Positions 21,101 to 32,118 of a stretch of 64,000 bases of DNA are shown piece after piece (positions within the stretch are counted from its first letter, which is position 1; each line of letters starts with the position of its first letter). The notes under the pieces were generated by a model. That model was not told the origin of the DNA. It saw only the letters and a list, made by a program, of their open reading frames with translations, and made no database searches. Source of the stretch: Octopus sinensis (taxonomy: Eukaryota). The stretch lies in contig NC_043003.1 in NCBI RefSeq assembly GCF_006345805.1, forward strand, positions 89,776,001 to 89,840,000, given 5' to 3'. The position numbers and the translations under genes were made by a program.

Positions 21101-23228
21101 TGTTGTGGGGTACATTCTTCACCTGGGAAGGTTTTGGCATTTATAAGCAGCCATCTCTCCCTTTGCCTTGTAAGGATGTAGTCAATTTGGCTGGTATGTT
21201 GGCCCGATTGGTAAGTGACTAGGTGGCTGGTAGGTTTCCTGAAGTTAGTGTTGCAAATCATAAGATTATTTGCATCGCAGAACTCCAGCAGCCTGGTTCC
21301 CTCCTCGTTGCGGGAGCCATAGCCATAGCCTCCATGTACGCCATGGAAGCCCCCAGCATGTCGTCCAACGTGACCATTGAAGTCACCAGCCACAAAGATA
21401 AGGTCTCTGTCGTTCGTCAATGAGGTAGTCTGCAGTAGAGTGTCATAGAATCGGTCTTTTGTCCATCGGGTAGCCCCGACTGAGGAGCATAGGCTGATAT
21501 AATGGTTGCTAAACTATGATGAAGCACTAATCTAATCTTAAGTATTCTGTCACTTACTCTGATTACCTCAATTACTTTATCTACCCATTTCTCAGCGATA
21601 AGTATACCCACACCACCAACCCCGTCAGTGTTCCCTGCCCAGAAAATCTTGTACCTGCGTTCCTTGCCTGTGAGGAACCTAGCTGATCCTCCTCTCCACC
21701 TTATTTCTTGCATGCAACATATATCCACACATCTCCGTTCAAGCATCTCGACTATCTCACCAGACCTACCTTTCAGAGTGCCAACGTTGAGGGTGCCAAC
21801 CCTGAGGGTGTGGAAGGCATGGGCTCTAGAGACCCTGGGACGGTGGACAGTAGCTTCGTGTACCTGAAAAGAAAGCTCGCATTTGGCAGAATTCATGTGC
21901 AAGAAATGAAGTAGTAAAGTAGCCTTCAGTACCCTGCATAACGCTAGCCTTTCATATTTTGCACTGTATGAACATTACCTTACATAGGTCGAGACTAGGG
22001 TAGGGAGGGGTATGGATGGTGAGAGCATTTGCAGTCTTCATGGGAAGCAACCCCGGAATGGAGAGAATAGGACTTCCGGCATGCGGTGGGGGGTGGGGTG
22101 GGGTGGGAGGGGGTGGGAGGGGTGGGGTGGGTGGGTGTGGGAGGGCGGGTGCACCGTAGCTGAGTAAAGAGGTTCTGTTAATCGTGAGCTAGCAAATGGT
22201 TTGTATGAATCGGGAGACAATACTAATTGAAAAATTGAAAAATCAGAGTGGCTATGAACCTGAGACAAGTCTAACTAAACGAAAAAAAATGTTTGAGCTA
22301 GACAGGGTAATGAGGGAATACTGAAAGAATGAGGGACAATACAATGAGATGGAAATTGAAGAATAGAGAAAGAATAGGATAAGTGCAAGAAAGAAGGTAG
22401 TCGTAGCGAGGTTGGACGATTCACTTAACTTTTAGCCATTCATGATCTGTGCGTATTCTTTAGATATTTTGAAGCGAGTGGGGTTAACGATAAATGCGAT
22501 GGCTCTTTTATGTATGGCGATGATGGTTTTGGGGAGGGGGGGGCATAGAGGACCATGGCGATGATGGTTATGGGAAGGGGGGACATAGCGAGAGAGAGAT
22601 ACGGTTAGTTAGAGAGAGAGGTCAAGGGACACGTGACAATAAGCGGTGTGAGGGAATTTGACTGGGACGGCATTGTCGATAATAAACATTAGATAATAGG
22701 TTTGAAAATCAGAAAAATCAGAGGGAATATCATTATTGATAGCTAATATAACACCGTAGCTGAGTAAGAGGTTCTGTTAATCGTGAGCTAGCAAATGGGT
22801 TTGTATGAATCGGGAGACAATACTAATTGAAAAATTGAAAAATCAGAGTGGCTATGAACCTGGAGACAAGTCTAAACGAAAAAAAATGTTTGAGCTAGAC
22901 AGGGTAATGAGGGAATACTGAAAGAATGAGTGACAATACGAGATGGAAGTTGAAGAATAGAGAAAGAATAAGGATAAGTGCAAGAAAGAAGGTAGTCGTA
23001 GCGAGGTTGGACGATTCACTTAACTTTTAGCCATTCATGATCTGTGCGTATTCTTTAGATATTTTGAAGCGAGTGGGGTTAACGATAAATGCGATGGCTC
23101 TTTTATGTATGGCGATGATGGTTTTGGGGAGGGGGGGGCATAGAGGACCATGGCGATGATGGTTATGGGAAGGGGGGACATAGCGAGAGAGAGATACGGT
23201 TAGTTAGAGAGAGAGGTCAAGGGACACG
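18181..23228 (-). mobile_element. Near-full-length RTE-clade LINE (copy 2, different subfamily)
   Basis: (CAT)n tail at 18181, ORF2 pieces 18776-21902, 600-bp tandem 5' monomers at 22152-23228, (TA)n flanks. Confidence 0.95.
18776..22041 (-). pseudogene. RTE ORF2 with a few frameshifts (possibly sequencing errors); putative exon 1 at 22041-21979
   Basis: Long ORFs 21417-21902, 20758-21420, 19837-20619 and 18776-19672 tile the APE and RT domains. Confidence 0.85.
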
Positions 23229-23321
23229 TATATGTATATATATATATGTATATATATATATATGTATATATATATATGTATATATATATATATGTATAAT
23301 ATATATGTATATATATATATG

Positions 23322-23385
<64 letters not shown>

Positions 23386-24045
23386 CAAGAGTTATGGAAT
23401 GGAGTATGGAAAATCCAAGTTACATATGTTTCATAGCAAGTGGAAAAAGAATATATGAGAGTTATTGGAGACAAGAGTAGGGTTGAGTGATCTGAGTATA
23501 CTTAGATGGCCTAAGTAGATTCTGCCCCACCGGATCCAAACGATGTAGGCCACCCACAATCAAACTCATCTTGGACAGATCTCGGACGAATCCCAATGCT
23601 GGAACATAAGTTCAAAAGAAATGGAAGTGGAGAGACAAGTCACTGAAGAGATTGCAACAATGCAATGAAATAATTATTTGAGAGAAAAAGGAAAAGACAA
23701 CACTAACAAAGTGTTTAACATATGAGTTTGAAAAACTAGTAAAAAAAAGCACCTAATCGATAAATTGGTTAACAGAGTAGCTAACCCATTAACTAACAAT
23801 AACAATAAAGGACTGAACTAGTGCATCTGTTTATTATTACCAGCATAATGCTGCTCCCAAAGTTCAATAGTATATATAAATATATACATATATCCTTTAA
23901 GTTTGTTTACAGGAAACATTTTGAATATGGATATAAAATCTATTCTATTCTATAATGCCAGCTATAATCTAATGATGCCAACTGGCAATACCAGTTATTT
24001 TTGCCAATATGATGTAGGATAAATATAGTAATAATAATAATAATC

Positions 24046-24192
24046 CTTGGATGGAATTTATAAATGTTTTAATGCATCACTATGTACTTTTCCACAAATC
24101 ATCCCAAGAATATGGACTATGATCTTAAGAAACATGTGATTTGTAGAAATGTGCATAGTGATACATTAAAATATTTATAAATTCCATCCAAG
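24046..24192. repeat. 147-bp near-perfect palindromic hairpin (mini-MITE)
   Basis: cttggatggaatttataaatgttttaatgcatcactatgtac...gtgcatagtgatacattaaaatatttataaattccatccaag; ~55-bp arms. Confidence 0.85.
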
Positions 24193-24949
24193 TGTAGCAT
24201 GTCAGGAAAGCTATTTTAGTTGTTGTTGTGCTATGGTATTCTCCAGCCAATCAGAGCTGGGTGCATATGAATTGTTGTGACAGACTCCCCCAGGTGAGAA
24301 GTGGGCTGGTCTACTACTAATAAATAGTGGACTGACACAGTCAGTAAGGTCAATCGGTGAAGGTACGCCATTCAGACCAGTCCTGCAGAGATGAAGAAAT
24401 ACGTTGTCATAATGGGACATATGAATACCAAAGGCAGTTCTCTGCCCAAGAAGAGAAGTGGGAGTTTTAATCAGTTAGCAGGAGATGGCAGACCACCAAC
24501 ATTTCTTCTTCATCATGGAACAGCCACTTTGTTTTTCACACCAACATCACACAGCTAACTCTGAATTATATTGGCTCTCAACTTGCTACATTATGAACAG
24601 CCTATTTCATTTATGCCAACTTTGCTCCGTGAAATTCTCGTTGACATCAGCTCACTATTCTGGTCGTGTTATGAGTGGTATATTTTTGTCTATGCTACCT
24701 CCATTCCTATTAGCTTATAACAACTTCTAACTGAATCCATATTTCAGTCATAAGTTATAATGCTTTCCGACTCATGCATACATCCAGACTATGCTCTTAT
24801 TACTTGTTAGCTCTTGAGATAATTTAATAAATAAAATTATTCGTTTAAAAACTGCCTTTGATATTCATACATGCCCAGCCCTGATTGGCTAGAGAATGCC
24901 ATAGCACAACTATGCTATGATGTGACAACTAAAATCCTGACATGCTACA
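24193..24949. mobile_element. Non-autonomous element with ~80-bp TIRs (TGTAGCATGTCAGGA...)
   Basis: Left and right ends are reverse complements; both contain a CCAAT box. Confidence 0.75.
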
Positions 24950-25749
24950 ATACCCACTGCTCAGACTACAAGTCGATACAAGCAACTGTAATGCAGCAAG
25001 AAAAAAAAAGGAACAGAACAAAATCTTAAGACAAGGAAAAAACATGAATACAACAGGAGAAGCAATATTACAACTGCAAGAAAAGGTAAATATACAAAAG
25101 CTATGAAAATGTGCGAAGCTAACTCATAAAAACCATCTGTTATATTTTGATTTTATCATGTTGTGACTGCTATTTCACTTCAGATGGAAAACGTTTCTTT
25201 TGTGCCTGTTTTGAATTTCTCTTTCAACCACTGGGGTGCATTTGGTTTCAATATGGCTACCCTTCCTGCCAACCTTCTTTGTTCCCACATAACCTCGTGG
25301 TGCCTTACACATGCACAGCTGTACTCAATGTGCATGTATTGCCTCACTTAGGATTAATTTTCCTGCTTGTCACCATGGTCACATCATAGACAAAGAGGGT
25401 ATTCAACTTCTACCAGACAACATTCAAGCTAGCGAGGACATTCCTCCTCCAACTTCCTTTCATCAGTAATGCCATTTCCTTGGCTTCTATTATCGATTCA
25501 TTCCTCGCTGCACCAGACTCCTGTCTCCACTCACTGAGCTTCTTGTGAACTAACACAAGAAGAATGAAACCTTTCACAAACTCCTACTCAAACCAAAGCT
25601 TTTGACACTGTGAAACACTCCCTAAAGCATCGCTCCTTGCACGTGCTGTTTTATAGCAATTTCATCAGTAACACTTGCAACCTCTTACCAAGATATATAT
25701 ATATCCCTGGTAAAAATGATAGACCTGCAAGAGTCCTGTGCTAAGCACG

Positions 25750-25940
25750 CATGCCGATGCCATGTTAGAAGTACCCAGCTTCCATAGTAAAGTGATTAAC
25801 AGCAGGAAAGGCATCCAGCCATAGAAACCAAGCTAAATCAGACTAGAATCTGGTGCTACACTCCAGCTTGATAGCTCTGGTCAAATCTTCCAACCCATGC
25901 CTGTATAGAAAATGGACATTAAGGGATGATGATGACATAT
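25750..25940 (+). mobile_element. Old RTE-tail fragment
   Basis: ggaaaggcatccagc...ccaacccatg...(gat)n. Confidence 0.7.
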
Positions 25941-25982
25941 GTATGTGTGGGTGTATATGTGTATTTATATATACATATACAC

Positions 25983-26013
<31 letters not shown>

Positions 26014-26043
26014 CATGCATACATACATGTATATATGCATATA

Positions 26044-26820
26044 CCATATGTACTCAAGTAATAGTTGATCTCATGTAAAAGTCGACCCCCTATTTTTGGC
26101 CCAAAACTTGGAGAATTTTCCATAGACCCAATATAAAAGTCAACCCTAGTATATCATGAGCAACAGGACAACATTTTTGTGGGTCAAGGTACCATATTAT
26201 CCTGTATGTAGAAATAACAGTTACAAAATTGTGTGGCTACCTTACTGTAGCCTGCTCTATAGGTGGAATGCTTGGTGCTTATAATGGAATGCTTGGTGCT
26301 TATAGTAAAACATCATTTAATAGCAAGCACTACACATCCGTTGATGGGTGTTACATCACCATTACTCAAATGTATGCACAGGATATGCTGCAAGCCTGCA
26401 TACATCTTCGAGCACAATAAACACATGCATCATACACTCATTGTTTACATGGTGAGAAATGTCTTTCACAAACAGCACTATTGTCGAACGCTGGCCAATG
26501 CCACTGTCTGAATTCATACAAAGGCATGACTTTGATAAGCCTAAAAATATTCAATTAATCACTAGATCAGTAGTTCCCATGCAACCTTTATATTTTACTA
26601 GGACACATGTTTTGATGCAAAGAATTGGTAATATTACAGTAATTCATTGTTTTTGTTTTTATTCGCTTAGAAATCAGTTGGGCTTCCACTGCTGATACAG
26701 TGTTTCAGATTCTAGCTTGAATTTCAGTCCTTCAAAAGTAGTATCCATGCAATAGTCGACCCCATAACTTTGACATTAAAACATGGTCTAAAAATTCGAC
26801 TTTTACACAAGTATAAATGG
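26044..26820. mobile_element. Tc1/mariner-superfamily (Tc2/pogo-like) MITE
   Basis: Degenerate TIRs ccatatgtactcaagtaatagttga / tcgacttttacacaagtataaatgg, TA on both flanks. Confidence 0.6.
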
Positions 26821-27324
26821 TATATACACACAGATATGCACACACATATACATATATATGTATGCATACATAGATGTATGTATATATTATGTGCATATAT
26901 TGGTATAACTATGAACCACATCCAGTCGTGGGGCTTTGGTTCAGGGGTTCCAGGGATTTGAGGAGTGTGGCACCATCTTTTTGAGTCTGTTATTTCTATG
27001 TCTGCTCTGACACAAAGTAGTCGCACCTGGCAGGGTCCCAGCTAAGGCCTAATTAACATGGACCCAAGGCAGATAAGGTGCTTCAGCTCTTTAGCTACTC
27101 ATCTAAGGAATGGTAATTCTATACAAATCCTGCATCTTGTTAAATACTGAACTCGTGGTACTTGTTGAACCAGACCAGTACAAGTTTGAAGGAGAAGAGA
27201 GTGGAACTGGCTTTGTACAAACAATTCTCAGTATAATAATATTCATTCTATCTGTTGTTCAGCAAACCAAGACACCAGGCATCAACACCTACACATTAAA
27301 TGAAAATGATTAGGATGATGATGA

Positions 27325-28475
27325 TTATCATCGTCATCATCATTGTCGTCGTCGTTTAACATCCGCTTTCCATGCTAGCATGGGTTGAACAATTCGATTA
27401 AGTACAAGCAAGTTGGGAGGCTGCACCAGGCTCCAATCTGATTTGGCAAGGTTTCTACAGCTGGATGCCCTTCCTCACGCCAACCACTCTGAGAGTGTAG
27501 GGGTGTATTTTACATGCCACAGCGCAGGAGTCAATCAAGTGTCACTATCATCAGCCACATTTGAATGATACTTTTTACATTCCACTAGCACAGAAGCCAG
27601 TCAGGTGGCACTGGCATCAGTCATACTCAAATTGTGCTTTTTACATGCCACTGGTACAAGTGCGAGTCAGGCAGCACTGACACTGGCCATGCTTGAATCA
27701 TGCTTTTTACATGCCACCAGCACAGGTGCCAGTCAAGTGACACTGGCATCGCCCACGACTCCGATTTCACTTGCTTCAACATGGCATATTGCCTGATGAT
27801 TGAAGGGTACTTTTAAATGGGTCAGTTATGCAACATTGGCATCAGCCACAGCTACAATCTCACTTGGCTTGCCGGGTCTTCTCAAGCACAGCATAAATAC
27901 AAAGGTCTCAGTTGCTTGTCATTGCCTCTGTGAAACCTAACGTTCAAAGGTCATGCACCACCACCCTCATTCCATGTCTTCCTGGGTCTACCTCTTCCAC
28001 TGGTTCCCTCCACTGTTAGGGTGTGACACTTCTTCACACAGTTGTCCTCATCTATATGTAACACATGACCATACCTGTGCAATCATCTCTCTTACATACC
28101 ACACCTGATGTTTTTTATGTCCAACTTTTCTCTCAAGGAACTACACTTTATTGTGCATGCACACTGACATTACACATCCAGCAGAGCATACTAGCTTCAT
28201 TTCTTTCAGGCCTACAGATGTCTGCAGCAGTCACAGCCCATGTTTCACTGCCGTGCAGCATGGCTGTTCACACACATGCGTCATACAGTCTACCTTTCAC
28301 TCTGAGAAAGAGGCCGTTTATTACTTTCTGAACTTTATCCAGGTTATTCTTATTCTAGCAGCTATGCTCTCAGAGCATCAACACTGGCTACTGACTTGGT
28401 CACCTAGGTAATGGAAGCTATCAATTACTTCTAGTTTTCCTTCCTGGCATGTGATGGAATCTGTTTTCTGTACAT

Positions 28476-28477
<2 letters not shown>
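27325..28477 (-). mobile_element. Old 5'-truncated RTE LINE
   Basis: Reverse tail at ~27350; RT C-terminus remnant (LEVIDSFHYLGDQVSS) at ~28400. Confidence 0.9.
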
Positions 28478-28562
<85 letters not shown>

Positions 28563-28566
28563 CATA

Positions 28567-28790
28567 CAGTAATCTGTCGCCATATTGCAGTTCACCTATC
28601 ACGGTTTATTATTTAAGCTTACATTGATTCCTCCATGGTGTTGTTTTGCATTTATAATAAAATAAATATATACAAATTATAAAAATAATAAATAAAAATA
28701 TACAGTACAGTACTCTTTCTACTTCACAGATTTTCACCTATTTCAGGGGTGGTGGGGAACATAGCACCCATGATAGTCGAGGGATTACTG
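28567..28790. mobile_element. Tigger/pogo-like MITE
   Basis: ta-CAGTAATC... / ...gagggATTACTG-ta. Confidence 0.6.
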
Positions 28791-28874
28791 TATATATATA
28801 AAGGTATGAGTGAGTGGACAAACGAAAGAAAATGACACCCAACATATTTCATAAGAGTTACTCTCATTCTTTAA

Positions 28875-29030
28875 TATGAATTTGATTCAGTGTCATGACT
28901 TAAAGTTTTGTGCCCTGATAGTACAAACCATCTCATCAGATATTAAGAGAAGAATAATAGGATTTGAATCAAATTCAAGATGGCTTCTAGATGTTAGGCC
29001 TCTATTGGATAGCTCAGGTCATATGGTATT
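28875..29030 (-). mobile_element. PLE-type pseudo-LTR fragment with degenerate hammerhead
   Basis: Homologous to 30650-30810. CTGATGA and GTC are kept, but GAAA has decayed to AAAA. Confidence 0.6.
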
Positions 29031-29311
29031 GATGCTGCAATCTATAGATCCCCCCTTATACCATTCGATGGCATCACAAGACACTACATGGTCATAACAG
29101 CCAATAACTTTAAGAGAAGGTATACACTGCATATACACTCCTTCAGGTGCAAGGATAGGAAGAATTGCACCTCCCTGTTCTGCTTCATCTGGAGATTATG
29201 CAAACATTGGTATGACTTCTCCAGCATCAAATGGAGTATCATTGACAGCTCCCTCACCTTACTTACCTAGACCTCACAACTGTCAACATTGTCTCTGAGA
29301 GACTACATATA

Positions 29312-30483
29312 CTATGGTGATATCAAAAATTTCCCAGACTAGTTATCATCATTGTCGTTGTTGATCCGCTCAATAGAATCAGATACTGTTGCAACACATA
29401 CTTAAGAAATGATCCTTAAAAGCATGGTCTTGTTATGTTTAATAAAAAAATAACTTTTAACATCATTTCCTATGAAATAGTCACCTTGAGCAGCAATACA
29501 CCAGTCCCAGCATTCCTGCCATTTTTGGAATCCAACCTGGAAGTTGTTTTCCATAAACAAGTTGAGGACCTTCTGTGATTTTTCTGTTGATCTCAACAGC
29601 AGTATTAACACTTTCATTACCATATTTATTTTGAGGTGTTCTGTGTTTCTTTCAATTACTTCAAATATAACAAAGAATTTAGTAAAATAACTTAGTTATC
29701 ATTAAACTAGTGTTAGGAACATAAATTGTGACTTAGGTTTGGTGGAAGATTTTAATTCAAAACTTATGAAAATAAGACATTTGTACTCAGAGCCAGAGCC
29801 GGTTTCAGCCAGGTTGGTAATGAAAGGGTTAAAATAGCAACCTTTGAGCTGCATTTTCATCTTGGGGAAAAATGGAAGTCTGCAGGTGCTAAATCTGGTG
29901 GATAGGGTGGGTGTGGAAGTGATACTGTGTTGTTTTTGGCGAGAAACTCAAGATTGAGGAGGGTTCAGTGACAGGGTGCATTGTCATTGTAAAGGATCCA
30001 ATTCTTTGTGCTCCACAGATCTGGTCACTTTCACCAAATGTCCTCCCTCAAACGCTTCAACAATCTTCATGCACAAGCTGATGAATTTTCTCCACATTCC
30101 CAATGTAGGTCTTCCAGGGATGTTCTTCCACTTTTGAAGCACCTGTGTCACTCAAAACATTGTGTATGACTCATTGCCTCATCACTGTAAGCTTGCCAAA
30201 GCATGCCTAATGTCTCTGTAGCTGACTTCCCAAGTTTAGCACAAAATCTCACGTTGGCTCTTTGTTCCAATTTCCTGTCCATGACAAAAAATCATAGACT
30301 ACAGCAGACACACGTGATCACAAAAACACAAATTTCATAACTTGCAAAGTAAACACAGCAGTGTCAGTCAGCACACTGCCTATTGAAGGTCACTGCTAGC
30401 TCTCACTATGCACACAACTCAACTTTGCTGCCATCTGTTTGTACACTACAGAACTAGTCTGGGAACTTTTTGATATGACTTTG
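29312..30483 (-). mobile_element. Internally deleted mariner transposon
   Basis: ~31-bp TIRs (gatatcaaaaa.ttcccagactagt), TA flanks, transposase C-terminus FQKWQECWDWCIAAQGDYF. Confidence 0.85.
29609..29828. mobile_element. piggyBac-like MITE inserted in the mariner
   Basis: TTAA on both sides; TIRs cactttcattacc / ggtaatgaaaggg. Confidence 0.8.
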
Positions 30484-30732
30484 TAATTCACAAACCTGCA
30501 GGAGCAATGAACAGGAAAATCCAGATATACCACCCTAGGTCTAGCTACCTCTCACACAAAGGCAGGATATTTAATCCTTCCACCTGTATAGACTACAGTC
30601 CTCTCCAAGCACTAGAATAAAGAAAAGAACTGACGTCACTTCAGTAGCGTCTATACCATATGACATGAGCTGGTCAATGGAGGCCTAACATTTAAAAGCC
30701 ACTTAGAATTTCACTGAAATCCCTTTACTCTT

Positions 30733-30791
30733 CTCTAGATATCTGATGAGATGAGTTTATAGAAGCCCATGAAACCTTTTGTCATATAGAG
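30733..30791 (+). ncRNA. Type I hammerhead ribozyme with intact core
   Basis: CTCT-ag-ATAT CTGATGA g ATGAGTTT-atag-AAGCCCAT GAAA C-ctttt-GTC ATAT-AGAG. Confidence 0.7.
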
Positions 30792-30821
30792 CTGAGTTAA
30801 ACTGTTATTAAAATACATAAT

Positions 30822-31480
30822 CATCATTTAATGTCCGTTTTTCATGCTGACATAGGTTGGATGGTTTGACAGGCACTAGCAAGGCCAGGGTCCACACCAG
30901 GCTCCATTGTCCGTTTTGGTATGGTTTCTGCAGCTGAATGCCCTTCATAATGCCAACCACTTTACAGTTTGTACTGAATGCTTTTTAAGTGGCACCAGCA
31001 CCCATGCTTTTTATGTGGTACCAGCACCCATGCTTTTTATATGGTACCAGCACCCATCCTTTTTATGTGGTACCATCACCATCAGGGTCACCAAGTATTT
31101 TGCAAAACAATAACCCCTAAACTAGGAGGGGACAGTAATATTAAGGGGGATGGCTTTGTGCCAGTTGAGAGATCAAAGGTATAGAGGGACAAAAATAGGT
31201 GTCTTGCTGTAGATTAGAGACATGGCCACCCTAGTTGGAAAAGAAAGAAGAGTGAGTTAGAGAGTAAGATAAAGAAAGTTATAGTGAGAGAAAGATGATA
31301 GTGAAAATAGGTGACTGGTAGAGACATTAGGTGGGGGAAGAAAGATAACTGAGAAAGCCAGTGGTGTGGAAAGGTTCTTCTCTCAGCTGATAGAAAAGTG
31401 ATGGGTGTTAGGGGATGAAATAGTGGGAATGATGTGTGGGGGCAGAGAGGATGGAAATGGTGGTGGAACAGAGCTCCTCA
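30822..31480 (-). mobile_element. Non-autonomous RTE-tailed element
   Basis: Reverse RTE tail plus body shared with 2276-2860. Confidence 0.65.
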
Positions 31481-31506
31481 TAGACAAGCAAGTGTATATG
31501 TATGTA

Positions 31507-31547
<41 letters not shown>

Positions 31548-31569
31548 ATATACAAATTATGTGTGTATA

Positions 31570-32099
31570 TACAAATCAAAAAAACAAATCAAAATAGATG
31601 AACATCAATGGAATTTGTATCTTTGTGGTACCAGTGCCGGTGGCATACAAGAAAACCATCCAAACGTGGCCGTAGCCAGTACCGCATCGACTGGCCTCCG
31701 TGCTGTGGGCACGTAACAAACACCATCCGATCGTGGCCGTTCACCAGCCTCATCTGGCACCTGTGTCGGTGGCACATAAAAACACCATCCGAGCGTGGCC
31801 GTCTGCCAGCCTCGTCTGGCACTGTGTCGGTGGCACATACAAAAATAAATAAAAAATTTTTTAAAAAACCATCCGAGCGTGGCCGTTTGCCAGCCTCGTC
31901 TGGCACATGTGTCGGTGGCACATAAAATCACCCACTACACTCTCGGAGTGGTTGGCGTTAGGAAGGGCATCCAGCTGTAGAAACACTGCCAGATCTGACT
32001 GGCCTGGTGCAGCCTTCGGGCTCCTCAGACCCCAGTTGAACCGTCCAACCCATGCTAGCATGGAAAGCGGACGTTAAATGATGATGATGATGATGATGA
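31570..32099 (+). mobile_element. RTE 3'UTR fragment (copy-1 subfamily)
   Basis: Near-identical to the final unit at 14640-15285. Confidence 0.95.
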
Positions 32100-32118
32100 T
32101 GTGTGTGTATGTGTGTAT

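Noticed and set aside
24964-25085. Open frame ending at an AAG|GTAAAT donor
   Set aside because: Weak acceptor and a low-complexity lysine-rich peptide with no recognisable homology.
27110-27313. 67-aa ORF (…FEGEESGTGFVQ…)
   Set aside because: No convincing splice sites; more likely an old LINE endonuclease remnant or chance.
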